Shown one piece after another: positions 31,746 through 40,941 of a stretch of DNA of 64,000 nucleotides. The first letter of the stretch is position 1. Each line of letters starts with the position of its first letter. The DNA comes from an uncultured Gemmatimonadaceae bacterium (GTDB lineage: Bacteria > Gemmatimonadota > Gemmatimonadetes > Gemmatimonadales > Gemmatimonadaceae): contig CAWHHI010000020.1 in the NCBI GenBank assembly GCA_963829055.1, positions 672,001 to 736,000 on the forward strand, written 5' to 3'. The notes under the pieces are model-generated. The model was not told where the DNA came from. It worked only from the letters and a program-made list of their open reading frames with translations, and did not search any database. The position numbers and the translations under genes are program-made.

Positions 31746-34700
31746 TCAGAACTGGAGGTTGAGCCTGAAGATGAAGCGCCGGTTGGGCGGAGTCGTGAAC
31801 ACATCGGCCGTGAAGAGCTGATTGACGCCGGAGTTCGTCGTGCCGAGTCCCAGCACGTCCGGGTCATCGCCTTCATAGTCGGACTTCCAGAGTCCGAGGT
31901 TGCGACCGCCGACCGTGATCGATCCACCAGACACGCGCGCGGCGCGGAGCACCGACTGCGGCAGCAGGTACGTCACACTGACTTCGCGCAAACGCAGGTG
32001 ATCGGCCTTCTGCATGTAGGGATCTTTCACGTTCGCCACGCCCACTGTCGCGCCGGTCTTCTCGCTGACATAGGGCCCGAGACGGCGCAGGCGTTCCTCG
32101 GGCGAGTAGCCGCCCTTGTCGACCGGGTTCACGACCTCGAACGAGTTGAGCCGACTCCGGTCGCGGTTCTCCTGGTTCACGTTGTACGTGTAGTAGCCGG
32201 TCTTCGCCTCGAGCAGACCGTAGACGCGGAAGTTCTTGAACAGCGTGAACGTGTTCGACAGGCTCGCCTGGAACGTCGGCAACTGGTTGCCGATGAATTC
32301 GGCCGTGTCCGACACGACCGTCTTGCCGCCCGCGACGTCGACGCTGCGCACGCGGTTCGCCCAGAACGCGGCGACCTGCTGGCCTTCCGTGAACGCGCGG
32401 AAGTTGTTGATGAACGTGCCGACCGTGCCGAGCTCGAGAATCTCGTTATGCAGCGTGCTGCCGTTGAGCGACGCGTCCCACGCGACCGTGTTTCCGCGGA
32501 GTAGATTCGCGCGGACCAGGAACTCGAGGCCGGTGTTCTGCACCTCGCCGATGTTCGCGATGCTGCCGCCGAACCCCGACGACGGCGCCGTCGGAACGTT
32601 CACGATGAGATCAGTGCTCAACTTGTTGAAGTACGTGAGCTCGAGTCCGAAGCGGTCGCCGAAGAAGCCGGCGTCGAAGCCCGCCTCGAACTCCTTGCCG
32701 AGCTCCGGCTTGAGGTCCGCATTCCCCGGATCGCCGGGCGACACGCCGAGCTCCACCGCGCCGACTTCGTTCACGTACTTGTTAGGCACGTACGTCTGGT
32801 TCGCACCCGAGGCCGGCGACCGGCCGGTCGTCCCGTACGCGGCGCGCAGACGCATCGTCGGTACGATCGACGACAGCCCCTTCCAGAACGACTCCTCGGA
32901 GATGACGTACGAGGCGCCGAACTTCGGCAGGTAGAACGTACCGACGTCCGATCCGAACGCGGAGTTGCGATCGGCGCGCAGGCCGACCTGCAGGAAGAGG
33001 CGATCGTTGAAGCCGATCTGCTCCTGCGCGAACATGCCCATCGAGCGCGACTCGCCGTAGTTCTGGCCGACCGTGCTGACGGTCGCGTTCGTGACGAGCG
33101 AGGCCTCGTTCGAGATGAGCCCCTGCCCTGCTCCGCTCAGACGATCGTTCACGCGGACGATGTACTGGCTGCCGAACGACAGGTCTGACGAGATCTGTTT
33201 GTTCGCGCCAAACTCTGCGCGCATGTTGCCGAGGTAGTCGACGGTATAGAGGCGGTCGCTGTTGCGGATCGACGTGATCTGGTTGCCGTACGTGGGAATA
33301 GTCGGATACCAGCCGAAGCTGTTCTTCGGGAACAGCTCGAAGCCGTCCGTCTCCGTGAGGTCGGCGCCTAACGTGACGCGGTTCGTGAACCACGAGATCG
33401 GCGCGTAGCGTACCTGCACGGACGGCAGCGTTCGCAGCGCGTTGCGTGCGCGTGATGATCGACGACATGGATTCGAACGTCACGTTCCCGAGCAACGTTC
33501 CACCACCCAGCACTCCGCCAGCACCTTCGACGACCGTGCGTGGGCTGCCGAACGCGCTCTCGACGTAGTAGCCGTACGTATCCTGGTCGTTCCGCGGCAG
33601 GTCGTACGTGTTGCGCGTGAGCGCGAAGTTCAGATCGAACGTCAGCTTCGCGCTCGGCGTGAACGTGAAGCTCCCGCGCCCGGTGCGCTGCTTCATCGTG
33701 TTGTTGAGCGTCGAGCCCTGCTCGTTCGTGACGCCGGCTGACGCGAAGAAGCCGTAGTTGTCGCCGCCACCGCGCACGCTGTACTGGCCCGATCCCATCC
33801 ACCCGTTCCGGAACGCGTTCATCCGCTCGGCCGGATTGTCCGAGACGATGTCGTTCACCGCCTTGCCGCGGCACAGCGGGTTCGTGCTGGTCGGCAGAAT
33901 GAGCGCGGCGGTGCACGTCCCGTAGTTCGTCGGAACAGTGAAGTTCGGCGTGATCTGATCGTACTCGGCCGTGATGTCCTGGCTGAAGCTCCGGCTGCCG
34001 ACGCGGCCCTTCTTCGTGATGATCTGAATGACGCCTGCGGATGCATCGGCGCCGTAGAGCGTCGCCGCCGCCGGTCCCTTCACGATCTCGATGCTCTCGA
34101 TGTCGTTAGGGTTGATGTCGTTCAGTGTGCTCGGTGCCTGACCGCTCGTCGAGCTCCCCGATCCGCTGACGTTGAAGGGAGCGCGGAAGCCGCCGTCGAC
34201 ACGAACACCGTCGACGAACACGAGCGGCTGGTTCGACAGCGAGATGGATGCGGCGCCGCGGATGAGCACTCGTGTCGAGCTACCCGTCGTGCCAGAGCCG
34301 TCGGTTACCGAAACGCCCGGCACTCGCGCGCCGAGCAGCTGTGTCACGCTCGTGACCGGCGCCTCGCGCACGACTTCCGACGCGTCGATCGTCGCGACGA
34401 CGGCGGCCTGCGCGCGTCGCTCCTGGTTGCCGGCCGTTCCGGTGACGACGACCTGCTCGAGCGGAATCGCCTGCGAGGACAATGTGGCGTCGACCGTCAC
34501 GCGGCCCGGCGCGAGCGTGAAGCGGACGGTTGTCGGGCGGAAGCCAAGTCGGGTGACGCGAAGCGTGTCCGAACGGGCGACGAACCGATCGGGCGACACG
34601 AAGATGCGATAGACGCCGGCATCGTTCGTCGTCGCGGAGAGGCGGAGACTCGGGATCGACACGATGGCGGCGCCGATGGGCGTGCCGGCATCACTCGTGA

Positions 34701-35226
34701 CCCTGCCGGTCACGGTCGCGGAATCGGCGACTGCCGGCAGCGTCGCCGGCATGACGATGCCCAGTGCGCCGGATGTCTCGGGCGGGGGCAACGGAGTGTC
34801 GGCCGCGGCGGGCGTCGCGTCGGCGTCGCGCGGCGTGGGCACGACGATCACCTGTCCGTCGGTCTCACGGAACGTGAACGGGACGGCGGCGAGGAGCTGC
34901 TGCAGCGCCTGCCCGATGGTGGCATCGTCGCACGTGCACCGAAGCGACCGCTCGTTGGGCAGCAGGCTCGGACTGTAGGCGAGTGGGACGCCGGAGCGTC
35001 GCTCCAATTCGCCGAGCGCGTCGGCGAGCGAGACGTCGCTGACGCGAAGTCTGGCGGGCCGGTCGAGGAGTGCCGCGGTTGTGGCACGCGTGCCGGCGAC
35101 TGGAATGGTCTGGGCGGTGGCAGACCCGCCGGTGATCGGCGTGAGCAGCCCACCGGCCGCGACGGCGAGCGCCAGCAGCGGCGCGCGTCGTACGGGTCGT
35201 GGGCCGATGAACGGTGTCGTGCTCAT
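31746..35226 (-). CDS. SusC/RagA-like TonB-dependent receptor with N-terminal STN-like signalling domain (frameshift near 33445)
   Basis: LEQVVVTGT, PLVFVDGVRV, LNDINPNDIESIEIVKGPAAATLYGADASAGVIQIITKKG, GNADLKPE, terminal LQF. Confidence 0.9.
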
Positions 35227-35315
35227 GGCAGGCTCCTCGAGGGATCTCCGGTCACGCGGACCGCCTAACGTGTCTCGGCGGCATCGCACCGAACGCGGGG
35301 AACGGACGGCTCGTC

Positions 35316-35354
35316 CATATGTACGTACAAACGATGGGACATATGTACGGACAT
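35316..35354. promoter_or_regulatory. Tandem putative GntR (HutC-type) operators
   Basis: TGTACGTACA (35320-35329, perfect palindrome) and TGTACGGACA (35344-35353), about 95 bp upstream of susC and near gntR. Confidence 0.65.
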
Positions 35355-35437
35355 GTCAGCGGGGGGTCAAGACTCGGCCTGCCGGCCGAACGAGGCCTGA
35401 GGAAGGAGGCCACAGGAAGGACGGAGGTAAGAGCGGT

Positions 35438-35535
35438 GTCATCCCGAGCGGCAGCGAGGGACCTCCGGTGATGTTCCCGTAGCCGGCCGGGCCACGAGTA
35501 ATTCACGGAAGATCCCTCGCTGCGCTCGGGACGAC
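35438..35535. repeat. Palindromic intergenic element, type B, with GGAAGGAGGC flanks
   Basis: GTCATCCCGAGCG...GGCCACGAGTAATTCAC...CGCTCGGGACGAC. Confidence 0.88.
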
Positions 35536-35580
35536 ACCGCCCTCCGCCGTCCGCCCTCCGAAGGCCTCCTTCCTCAGGTC

Positions 35581-36369
35581 TTACGTACGTACCAAACTGG
35601 TGACGTACGTGAACCGATCCCCGGGATGGATCGCGTTCGAGAGCTCGATCAGCCGGCCCTGACGGTCGTAGTAGCGGCGAATCGCGCGGAGAGCCGGGCC
35701 GCCGTCGAGCGCGCGCAGGAGTTTCGCCTGGCGCTTGCCGAGTCGAACCGCCTGGATGCTCTGCTCGATGCGCGCGATGCGGATGCCGTACACCCGCTCC
35801 AGCATCGCCGAGATCGGGCCCGTGAGCGCCTCGAGGTTCTTCTCGAGATCCGGCAGGCGCATGTCGAGATACGCCGTCGTCATGCACACCGGGCGCGCAT
35901 CACCGGGCGCCACGCGCAGGCTGTTCACGCGCAGCCACCGCGCACCTTCACGACACTCCAGCAACTCCGCCAGCGCCGAATCGGCGACGACCGGCTTCGT
36001 CTCGAGGATCGAGAGCCGCGTCTCCTCCGCGTACTGCAGCAGATCGCCGATGGAGTTCGTCGGCTGGAGATAGCTCGCCTTCGGCGTGCGCGCGACGACC
36101 TCGGTGCCGATACGGCGGCGGCGGGAGATGAGCCCCGCGTCGCGCAGCTGGCGAAGCGCCTCACGCACCGTGTGCCGGCTGATCGCGTACTGGTCGCACA
36201 GCTCCATCTCGGTGGGGAGGTACCCGCCCACCGGATACTTGCCGGACCCGATGCGCTTCGTCAGGTCGTCGGCGACCTGCTGGTAGCGCGGAGCGTTCGT
36301 CGTACGTGCCGGGCGTCGCGTCGCGGCGTCCTTGTCGTTATTGCCGCTCTTCCCATTTCTAGACGGCAT
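35581..36369 (-). CDS. GntR-family (HutC/UTRA) transcriptional regulator
   Basis: RYQQVADDL..LPTEMELCDQYAISRHTVREAL wHTH plus UTRA-like C-terminus. Confidence 0.92.
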   Translation of the reverse strand: MPSRNGKSGNNDKDAATRRPARTTNAPRYQQVADDLTKRIGSGKYPVGGYLPTEMELCDQYAISRHTVREALRQLRDAGLISRRRRIGTEVVARTPKASYLQPTNSIGDLLQYAEETRLSILETKPVVADSALAELLECREGARWLRVNSLRVAPGDARPVCMTTAYLDMRLPDLEKNLEALTGPISAMLERVYGIRIARIEQSIQAVRLGKRQAKLLRALDGGPALRAIRRYYDRQGRLIELSNAIHPGDRFTYVTSLVRT

Positions 36370-37103
36370 GACCGACGTGGTGCAGGATCTTGGAGAGAAA
36401 TTCCCGCGCGCGCGCCGTATGCGGTTCAGTGAAGAACGCGTCGGTTTCGCGATCCTCGACGATCCGCCCCCCGTCCATGAAAAGGATCCGATCCGCCACT
36501 CGGCGAGCGAAGGCCATTCTCGTGCGTCACCACCATCATCGTCATCCCCTCGTCGGCGAGACCGACCATCACGTCGAGCACTTCGTTGATCATCTCCGGG
36601 TCGAGGGCCGACGTCGGCTCATCGAACAACATCGCGACCGGGTCCATCGCCAGCGCGCGCGCGATCGCGACACGCTGCTGCTGCCCGCCTGACAACGCCG
36701 ACGGATACTTTGCCGCCTGATCCGCGAGCCCAACGCGTTCCAGCAGACGCATTGATCGTTCGGTGGCCGCGTCGCGCGGGCGGCGCAGCACTTCAACCTG
36801 CGCCAGATCGAGATTCTCGATCACGGTGCGATGCGGAAAAAGCTCGAAGCTCTGAAACACCATGCCGATGCGCGCGCGCAGCTTGGCGAGATTCGTGTTA
36901 GGCGCGGTGACGACGATGCCATCGACCGTGATCGTGCCACTATCCACCCGCTCGAGCCCGTTCACACATCGGATCAACGTACTCTTGCCCGATCCCGACG
37001 GCCCACACACGACGACGACCGACCCCTTCGTCACGGATGTCGTGCATCCGTCGAGGGCGCGGAAGTGGCCGTACGACTTCGAGACATCACTAATCTCGAT
37101 CAT
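36359..37103 (-). CDS. Polar amino acid ABC transporter ATP-binding protein (AapP/GltL-like)
   Basis: [48 protein letters not shown]; indel near 36520. Confidence 0.9.
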
Positions 37104-37339
37104 GGACCGGACGTGTGTGCCAGGGCGTGATGAACAGGCGACGAAACGGCGTGGCGAATCCGCCAGCCGAGCGCGCACCAGCATCGGGCGCACCGCATGG
37201 CGTGTCAAGACGACGCGCCAGGTGACTTCGCGAATGGTACATTGGCGCGGCCCCGTTCGTGTGCATTGGATTCAAAGAGGCCATAGGAAGGAGGCCTGAG
37301 GAAGGAGGCCTTCGGAGGGCGGACGGCGGAGAAAAGCGT

Positions 37340-37488
37340 GTCATCCCGAGCGGCAGCGATTGTCATCCCGAGCGCCAGCGATTGTCATCCCGAGCGATAG
37401 CGAGGGATCTCCTCGAACGTCATCGTAGCCAGTCCGGCCACGATGCCATCACACAAGGTCCCTCGTCGCTGCCGCTCCTCGGGATGAC
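37340..37488. repeat. Palindromic intergenic element, type B (three tandem left arms)
   Basis: GTCATCCCGAGCG x3 ... CTCGGGATGAC. Confidence 0.9.
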
Positions 37489-37636
37489 CACGGAATCAAT
37501 CCGCCGGATCAGACGAATCCGTTCCCTTCGTCTGAGATGCTGTGTTGAAGCAGTCCTCTGCGTCCTCCGCGGTGAATTGTCGTTGGTGTTATCGTCGTCG
37601 CAATCCGCACGAGTATCCAGGAACCGTCGAAATCGC

Positions 37637-38929
37637 ATGACACTCCTCCGCCGAAACACCACCGCGTCGATCATCATCGCACTGGCGATCGCGACGCCAC
37701 TCGTCGCCCAGTCGCCGCAACCGGCGGAGCGCCGTATTCTCGTCCGCGCGGGGCGACTCATCGATGCCGCAAGCGACGGTGCGAAGACCGATCAGGGCAT
37801 CCTCATCACGGGTGACCGCATAACGCGAGTCGGCCCGTACGCCGATGTCTCGACCGCCGCGGGCAACGCCGAACGAGTCGATCTCTCACGCTTTACCGTG
37901 CTGCCCGGATTCATCGACGCGCACACGCACGTCTTCCTCGACGGCGGCGAGTACGCGACGCAGTTGCTCAAGCAATCCATCCCGTTTCGCACCATCGAAG
38001 CGGTAACGGCCGCCCGCGCGGCGCTCGGCTACGGATTCACGACCATCCGTGACCTCGAGACCGAAGGTGCCATGTACGCCGATGTCGACGTGAAGACGGC
38101 GATCGAGCGCGGAATCATTCCGGGCCCGCGGATGCTCGTCGCCACGAGAGCGCTCGCGCCTACCGGCATGTACCCGCTCAGCGGCTATTCGTGGGAGCTC
38201 GACGTCCCGGCCGGCGCCCAGCTCGTGGACGGCGCGGATAACCTGCGCCGCGCGGTGCGCGAGCAGGTGAAGTTCGGTGCCGACTGGATCAAGGTGTACG
38301 CGGATCGCGATTCGTACGTCGGCGACGACGGCCGGCTGCACAGTTGGGCCAACTGGACGGATGACGAGTTCAAGGCGATCGTGGACGAAGCGCGTCGCCT
38401 CGGTCGCTCGGTCGCGGCGCACGCCACAGGCGTCGAAGGCATTGACGCCGCATTGCGCGCTGGGGTGCAGTCCATCGAACACGGTGACGGCCTAACGCCG
38501 GAGCTGATCGACCGGATGATGCGCCAGCGCGTCTACTGGTGTCCCACGATCTACGTCGGCGCTCGGCCTCAGACGGGTCGCCCACCACTGCGGGCGACGA
38601 TGGCGGAGTTCAAGCGAAAGGCGTTCGGCGAAGCGGTGCGACGCGGGATGGGAGAGCTCATCGCGTTCGGCACGGACGCTGGCGGGTTCGCGTGGTCGGA
38701 GAACCCGGCGCAGGAATTCGCGTACTACGCGCGCTACGGCATGACGCCGATGCAGGCAATCCGGACGGCGACGACGAACGCCGCACGCCTCATCGGTCGC
38801 GACAAGGACGTCGGGACGGTCGCGGCTGGAAAGCTCGCGGATCTCGTGGCCGTAGAAGGGGACCCACTCACCGATCCAGCCGTTCTGACGAAAGTGAAAT
38901 GGGTCATGAAAGGCGGCGTCAAACAGTAA
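37637..38929 (+). CDS. Secreted metal-dependent amidohydrolase (Xaa-Pro dipeptidase-like subgroup)
   Basis: PGFIDAHTH, GFTTIRD, GADWIK, AAHA, SIEHG, FGTDAG, GKLADLVAVEGDPL. Confidence 0.9.
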   Translation: MTLLRRNTTASIIIALAIATPLVAQSPQPAERRILVRAGRLIDAASDGAKTDQGILITGDRITRVGPYADVSTAAGNAERVDLSRFTVLPGFIDAHTHVFLDGGEYATQLLKQSIPFRTIEAVTAARAALGYGFTTIRDLETEGAMYADVDVKTAIERGIIPGPRMLVATRALAPTGMYPLSGYSWELDVPAGAQLVDGADNLRRAVREQVKFGADWIKVYADRDSYVGDDGRLHSWANWTDDEFKAIVDEARRLGRSVAAHATGVEGIDAALRAGVQSIEHGDGLTPELIDRMMRQRVYWCPTIYVGARPQTGRPPLRATMAEFKRKAFGEAVRRGMGELIAFGTDAGGFAWSENPAQEFAYYARYGMTPMQAIRTATTNAARLIGRDKDVGTVAAGKLADLVAVEGDPLTDPAVLTKVKWVMKGGVKQ

Positions 38930-38966
38930 CGCTTGTAGCGGGTCGCTCGTGCTGGTCGCTGGTCGC

Positions 38967-39518
38967 TCAGCTCATCGCCGACAGCTTCTTCCGCAGTTCA
39001 CCGAGCGCGTGACTCAACTGATTCGCGACGGTCTGCGGCGACGTGCCCATCACCGCGGCGATCTCCTTGTACGACAGCTCGTGCACCACGCGTAGCAGGA
39101 AGACCTCGCGACGCCGCGGCGGGAGTGTCGCGATCGCATCTTCCAGCACCGCGCGCAGCTCCGCGTCAGGCAGCTCCGGCGCGTCATGATGAGTCGGCAG
39201 CGCTTCGCCGGCGATGGATGCCGCGCGCTCCTCCGCCTGGAGATGCCGATGCTCCGAGATCGCGATGTTCCTCGCGAGGCGGAACAGCAAGCCGCCGACT
39301 GATCCTTCGACGCGCCACGTCCGTCTACGCTCCCACAAACGACAGAACGTTTCCTGCACCGCGTCTTCGGCTGCCTCCGGCGATCCCGTCATACGCGCGA
39401 TGAACATCGTGAGCGGCGACCAGTATTTCGCCAGCAGCGCGTCGAGCGCAGACGAATCGTCGGCAGCGAGACGAGCGAGCAGAACTGCGTCGGTCGGCGG
39501 ATCGTGCTCGGAGGGCAA
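38967..39518 (-). CDS. ECF RNA polymerase sigma-70 factor
   Basis: AEDAVQETFCRLW, LPPRRREVFLL..ELSYKEIA. Confidence 0.9.
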   Translation of the reverse strand: MPSEHDPPTDAVLLARLAADDSSALDALLAKYWSPLTMFIARMTGSPEAAEDAVQETFCRLWERRRTWRVEGSVGGLLFRLARNIAISEHRHLQAEERAASIAGEALPTHHDAPELPDAELRAVLEDAIATLPPRRREVFLLRVVHELSYKEIAAVMGTSPQTVANQLSHALGELRKKLSAMS

Positions 39519-39617
39519 GGCGCGGGAGAGGCGTCGCTACGGTCGGCGCAACAGCGTGCAGCGAAGAAGCGCAGGGCGAGTAACATGCACGGCTCGCCCT
39601 GCCGCGTGCAACGCATT

Positions 39618-39697
39618 GTCATCCGAGCGTCAGCGGGATCTCCGAGTCTTGGCAAGACTGGCCACGAGACGTCGGAGATCCTCGCTTCCTGGGATGC
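39618..39697. repeat. Degenerate palindromic element, type B
   Basis: GTCATCCGAGCG...CTGGCCACGAG...CTGGGATG. Confidence 0.6.
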
Positions 39698-39732
39698 AGC
39701 CTCCTCCCTCAGGCCTCCTTCCTATGGCCTAC

Positions 39733-40767
39733 TCACCGCCGACTCTGCGTCCGCTTGAGCCACTCGCGCCACGCCGTGTCGAGCCCCGCAACGTCATGCG
39801 GCAACGTCTTGCTCGACGCGAGCACGTCCGGGATCGATACGCCACGCGACAGCTCATCGGCGAGGCGCCCGACGAGCACCGGGTCTCGCTCATGGATGAA
39901 CGTCAGCACCGATACCGACTGCGCGATGAACAGCGGTGAGACGCCGGCCCCACCGTCGCGACGATTCCGCGCGCGCGTGGCCTCCGCCTGACGGAGATCC
40001 ACGTCGTCGAGATCGTACCGGTTGGCGCCAGCCCGCACGATCTCCACCGCGTTAGGCCGACTGGGCCATCCAACCGCGAACAGCGATGCGAGCGGCATGA
40101 TGTTCCTGGAGTCCGCCTTGAGCTCCGCTATCGAGTGGTCGACCGCGCCGGTATTGCCGAGAATGCGGAGCGCGCCAGCTTCGATCCACGCCGGCATCGC
40201 GGGACGACTCACGGTCGCGCGCGAAGGTCCGCCCGGCTGGCTGTCCGGCCCTCGCGCCGCGTCCACCGCTCGGGCACGCAGCCACGTCTCGGCCGCCGTC
40301 GCCGAGAGCATCGGGCCAGCGAACAGGCGAATGCGGGCCGAGTCCTCCGCCGCCGACCGCTCCTTCTCGGGCTGCTTGCTCTTGCCGGGAGCCTCGGCGC
40401 CTCGGCGGCGCAGCACCACTGTCGCCAGCGGAACGCCACGGAAGGTCGTGGCAGTGTCGTTCGCCGTCGCGACGGAATCGAGTCGCACGGCGATCACGGG
40501 AGGTGCCTCACCGAACAGCGTGTTGTACCGCCAGGCGACGTCGTCCATCACCTCGCGATTCCACAGCGCCGCGCGCTGAGAGGCAAGCAGATAGTACGCG
40601 GCGCCGCGCAGCACGTACGTCGTGTCACTGCCGGTAACGAGCGTTTCGTTCGCAGGCGCAGGGTCGGGCGTGAACGGTTCCTCGTGCCACACGAAGCGCG
40701 AGCAGCTGACCACCCCTTGCGTCGCTGTCACGAGCGCCGCGATGCGGATCAAGTGTGTGATATTCAT
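39733..40767 (-). CDS. Hypothetical protein, probable lipoprotein
   Basis: Intact 344-aa ORF; VVSC after a hydrophobic N-terminus; PAWIEAG resembles the degenerate motif downstream of a gluzincin active site, but no HEXXH. Confidence 0.65.
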   Translation of the reverse strand: MNITHLIRIAALVTATQGVVSCSRFVWHEEPFTPDPAPANETLVTGSDTTYVLRGAAYYLLASQRAALWNREVMDDVAWRYNTLFGEAPPVIAVRLDSVATANDTATTFRGVPLATVVLRRRGAEAPGKSKQPEKERSAAEDSARIRLFAGPMLSATAAETWLRARAVDAARGPDSQPGGPSRATVSRPAMPAWIEAGALRILGNTGAVDHSIAELKADSRNIMPLASLFAVGWPSRPNAVEIVRAGANRYDLDDVDLRQAEATRARNRRDGGAGVSPLFIAQSVSVLTFIHERDPVLVGRLADELSRGVSIPDVLASSKTLPHDVAGLDTAWREWLKRTQSRR

Positions 40768-40782
40768 AATCGTTAGGCGGCT

Positions 40783-40939
40783 GTCATTCCGAGCGGAGCT
40801 TGTCATTCCGAGCGGAGCCGCGAAGCGGCGAAGTCGAGGAATCCTTGGCGTCCCGGTAGAGGGAGCCCTCTACCCTGCAAGCCAAGGATTCCTCGACTCG
40901 CTGTCGCCTCGCTCGGAATGACACTCCGCTCGGAATGAC
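40783..40939. repeat. Palindromic intergenic element, type A (doubled arms)
   Basis: Two GTCATTCCGAGCG, core GGTAGAGGGAGCCCTCTACC, two CGCTCGGAATGAC. Confidence 0.9.
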
Positions 40940-40941
40940 AT

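Noticed and set aside
37259..37636. N-terminal extension of the amidohydrolase ORF
   Set aside because: It is a translation of repeat elements; the signal peptide begins at ATG 37637
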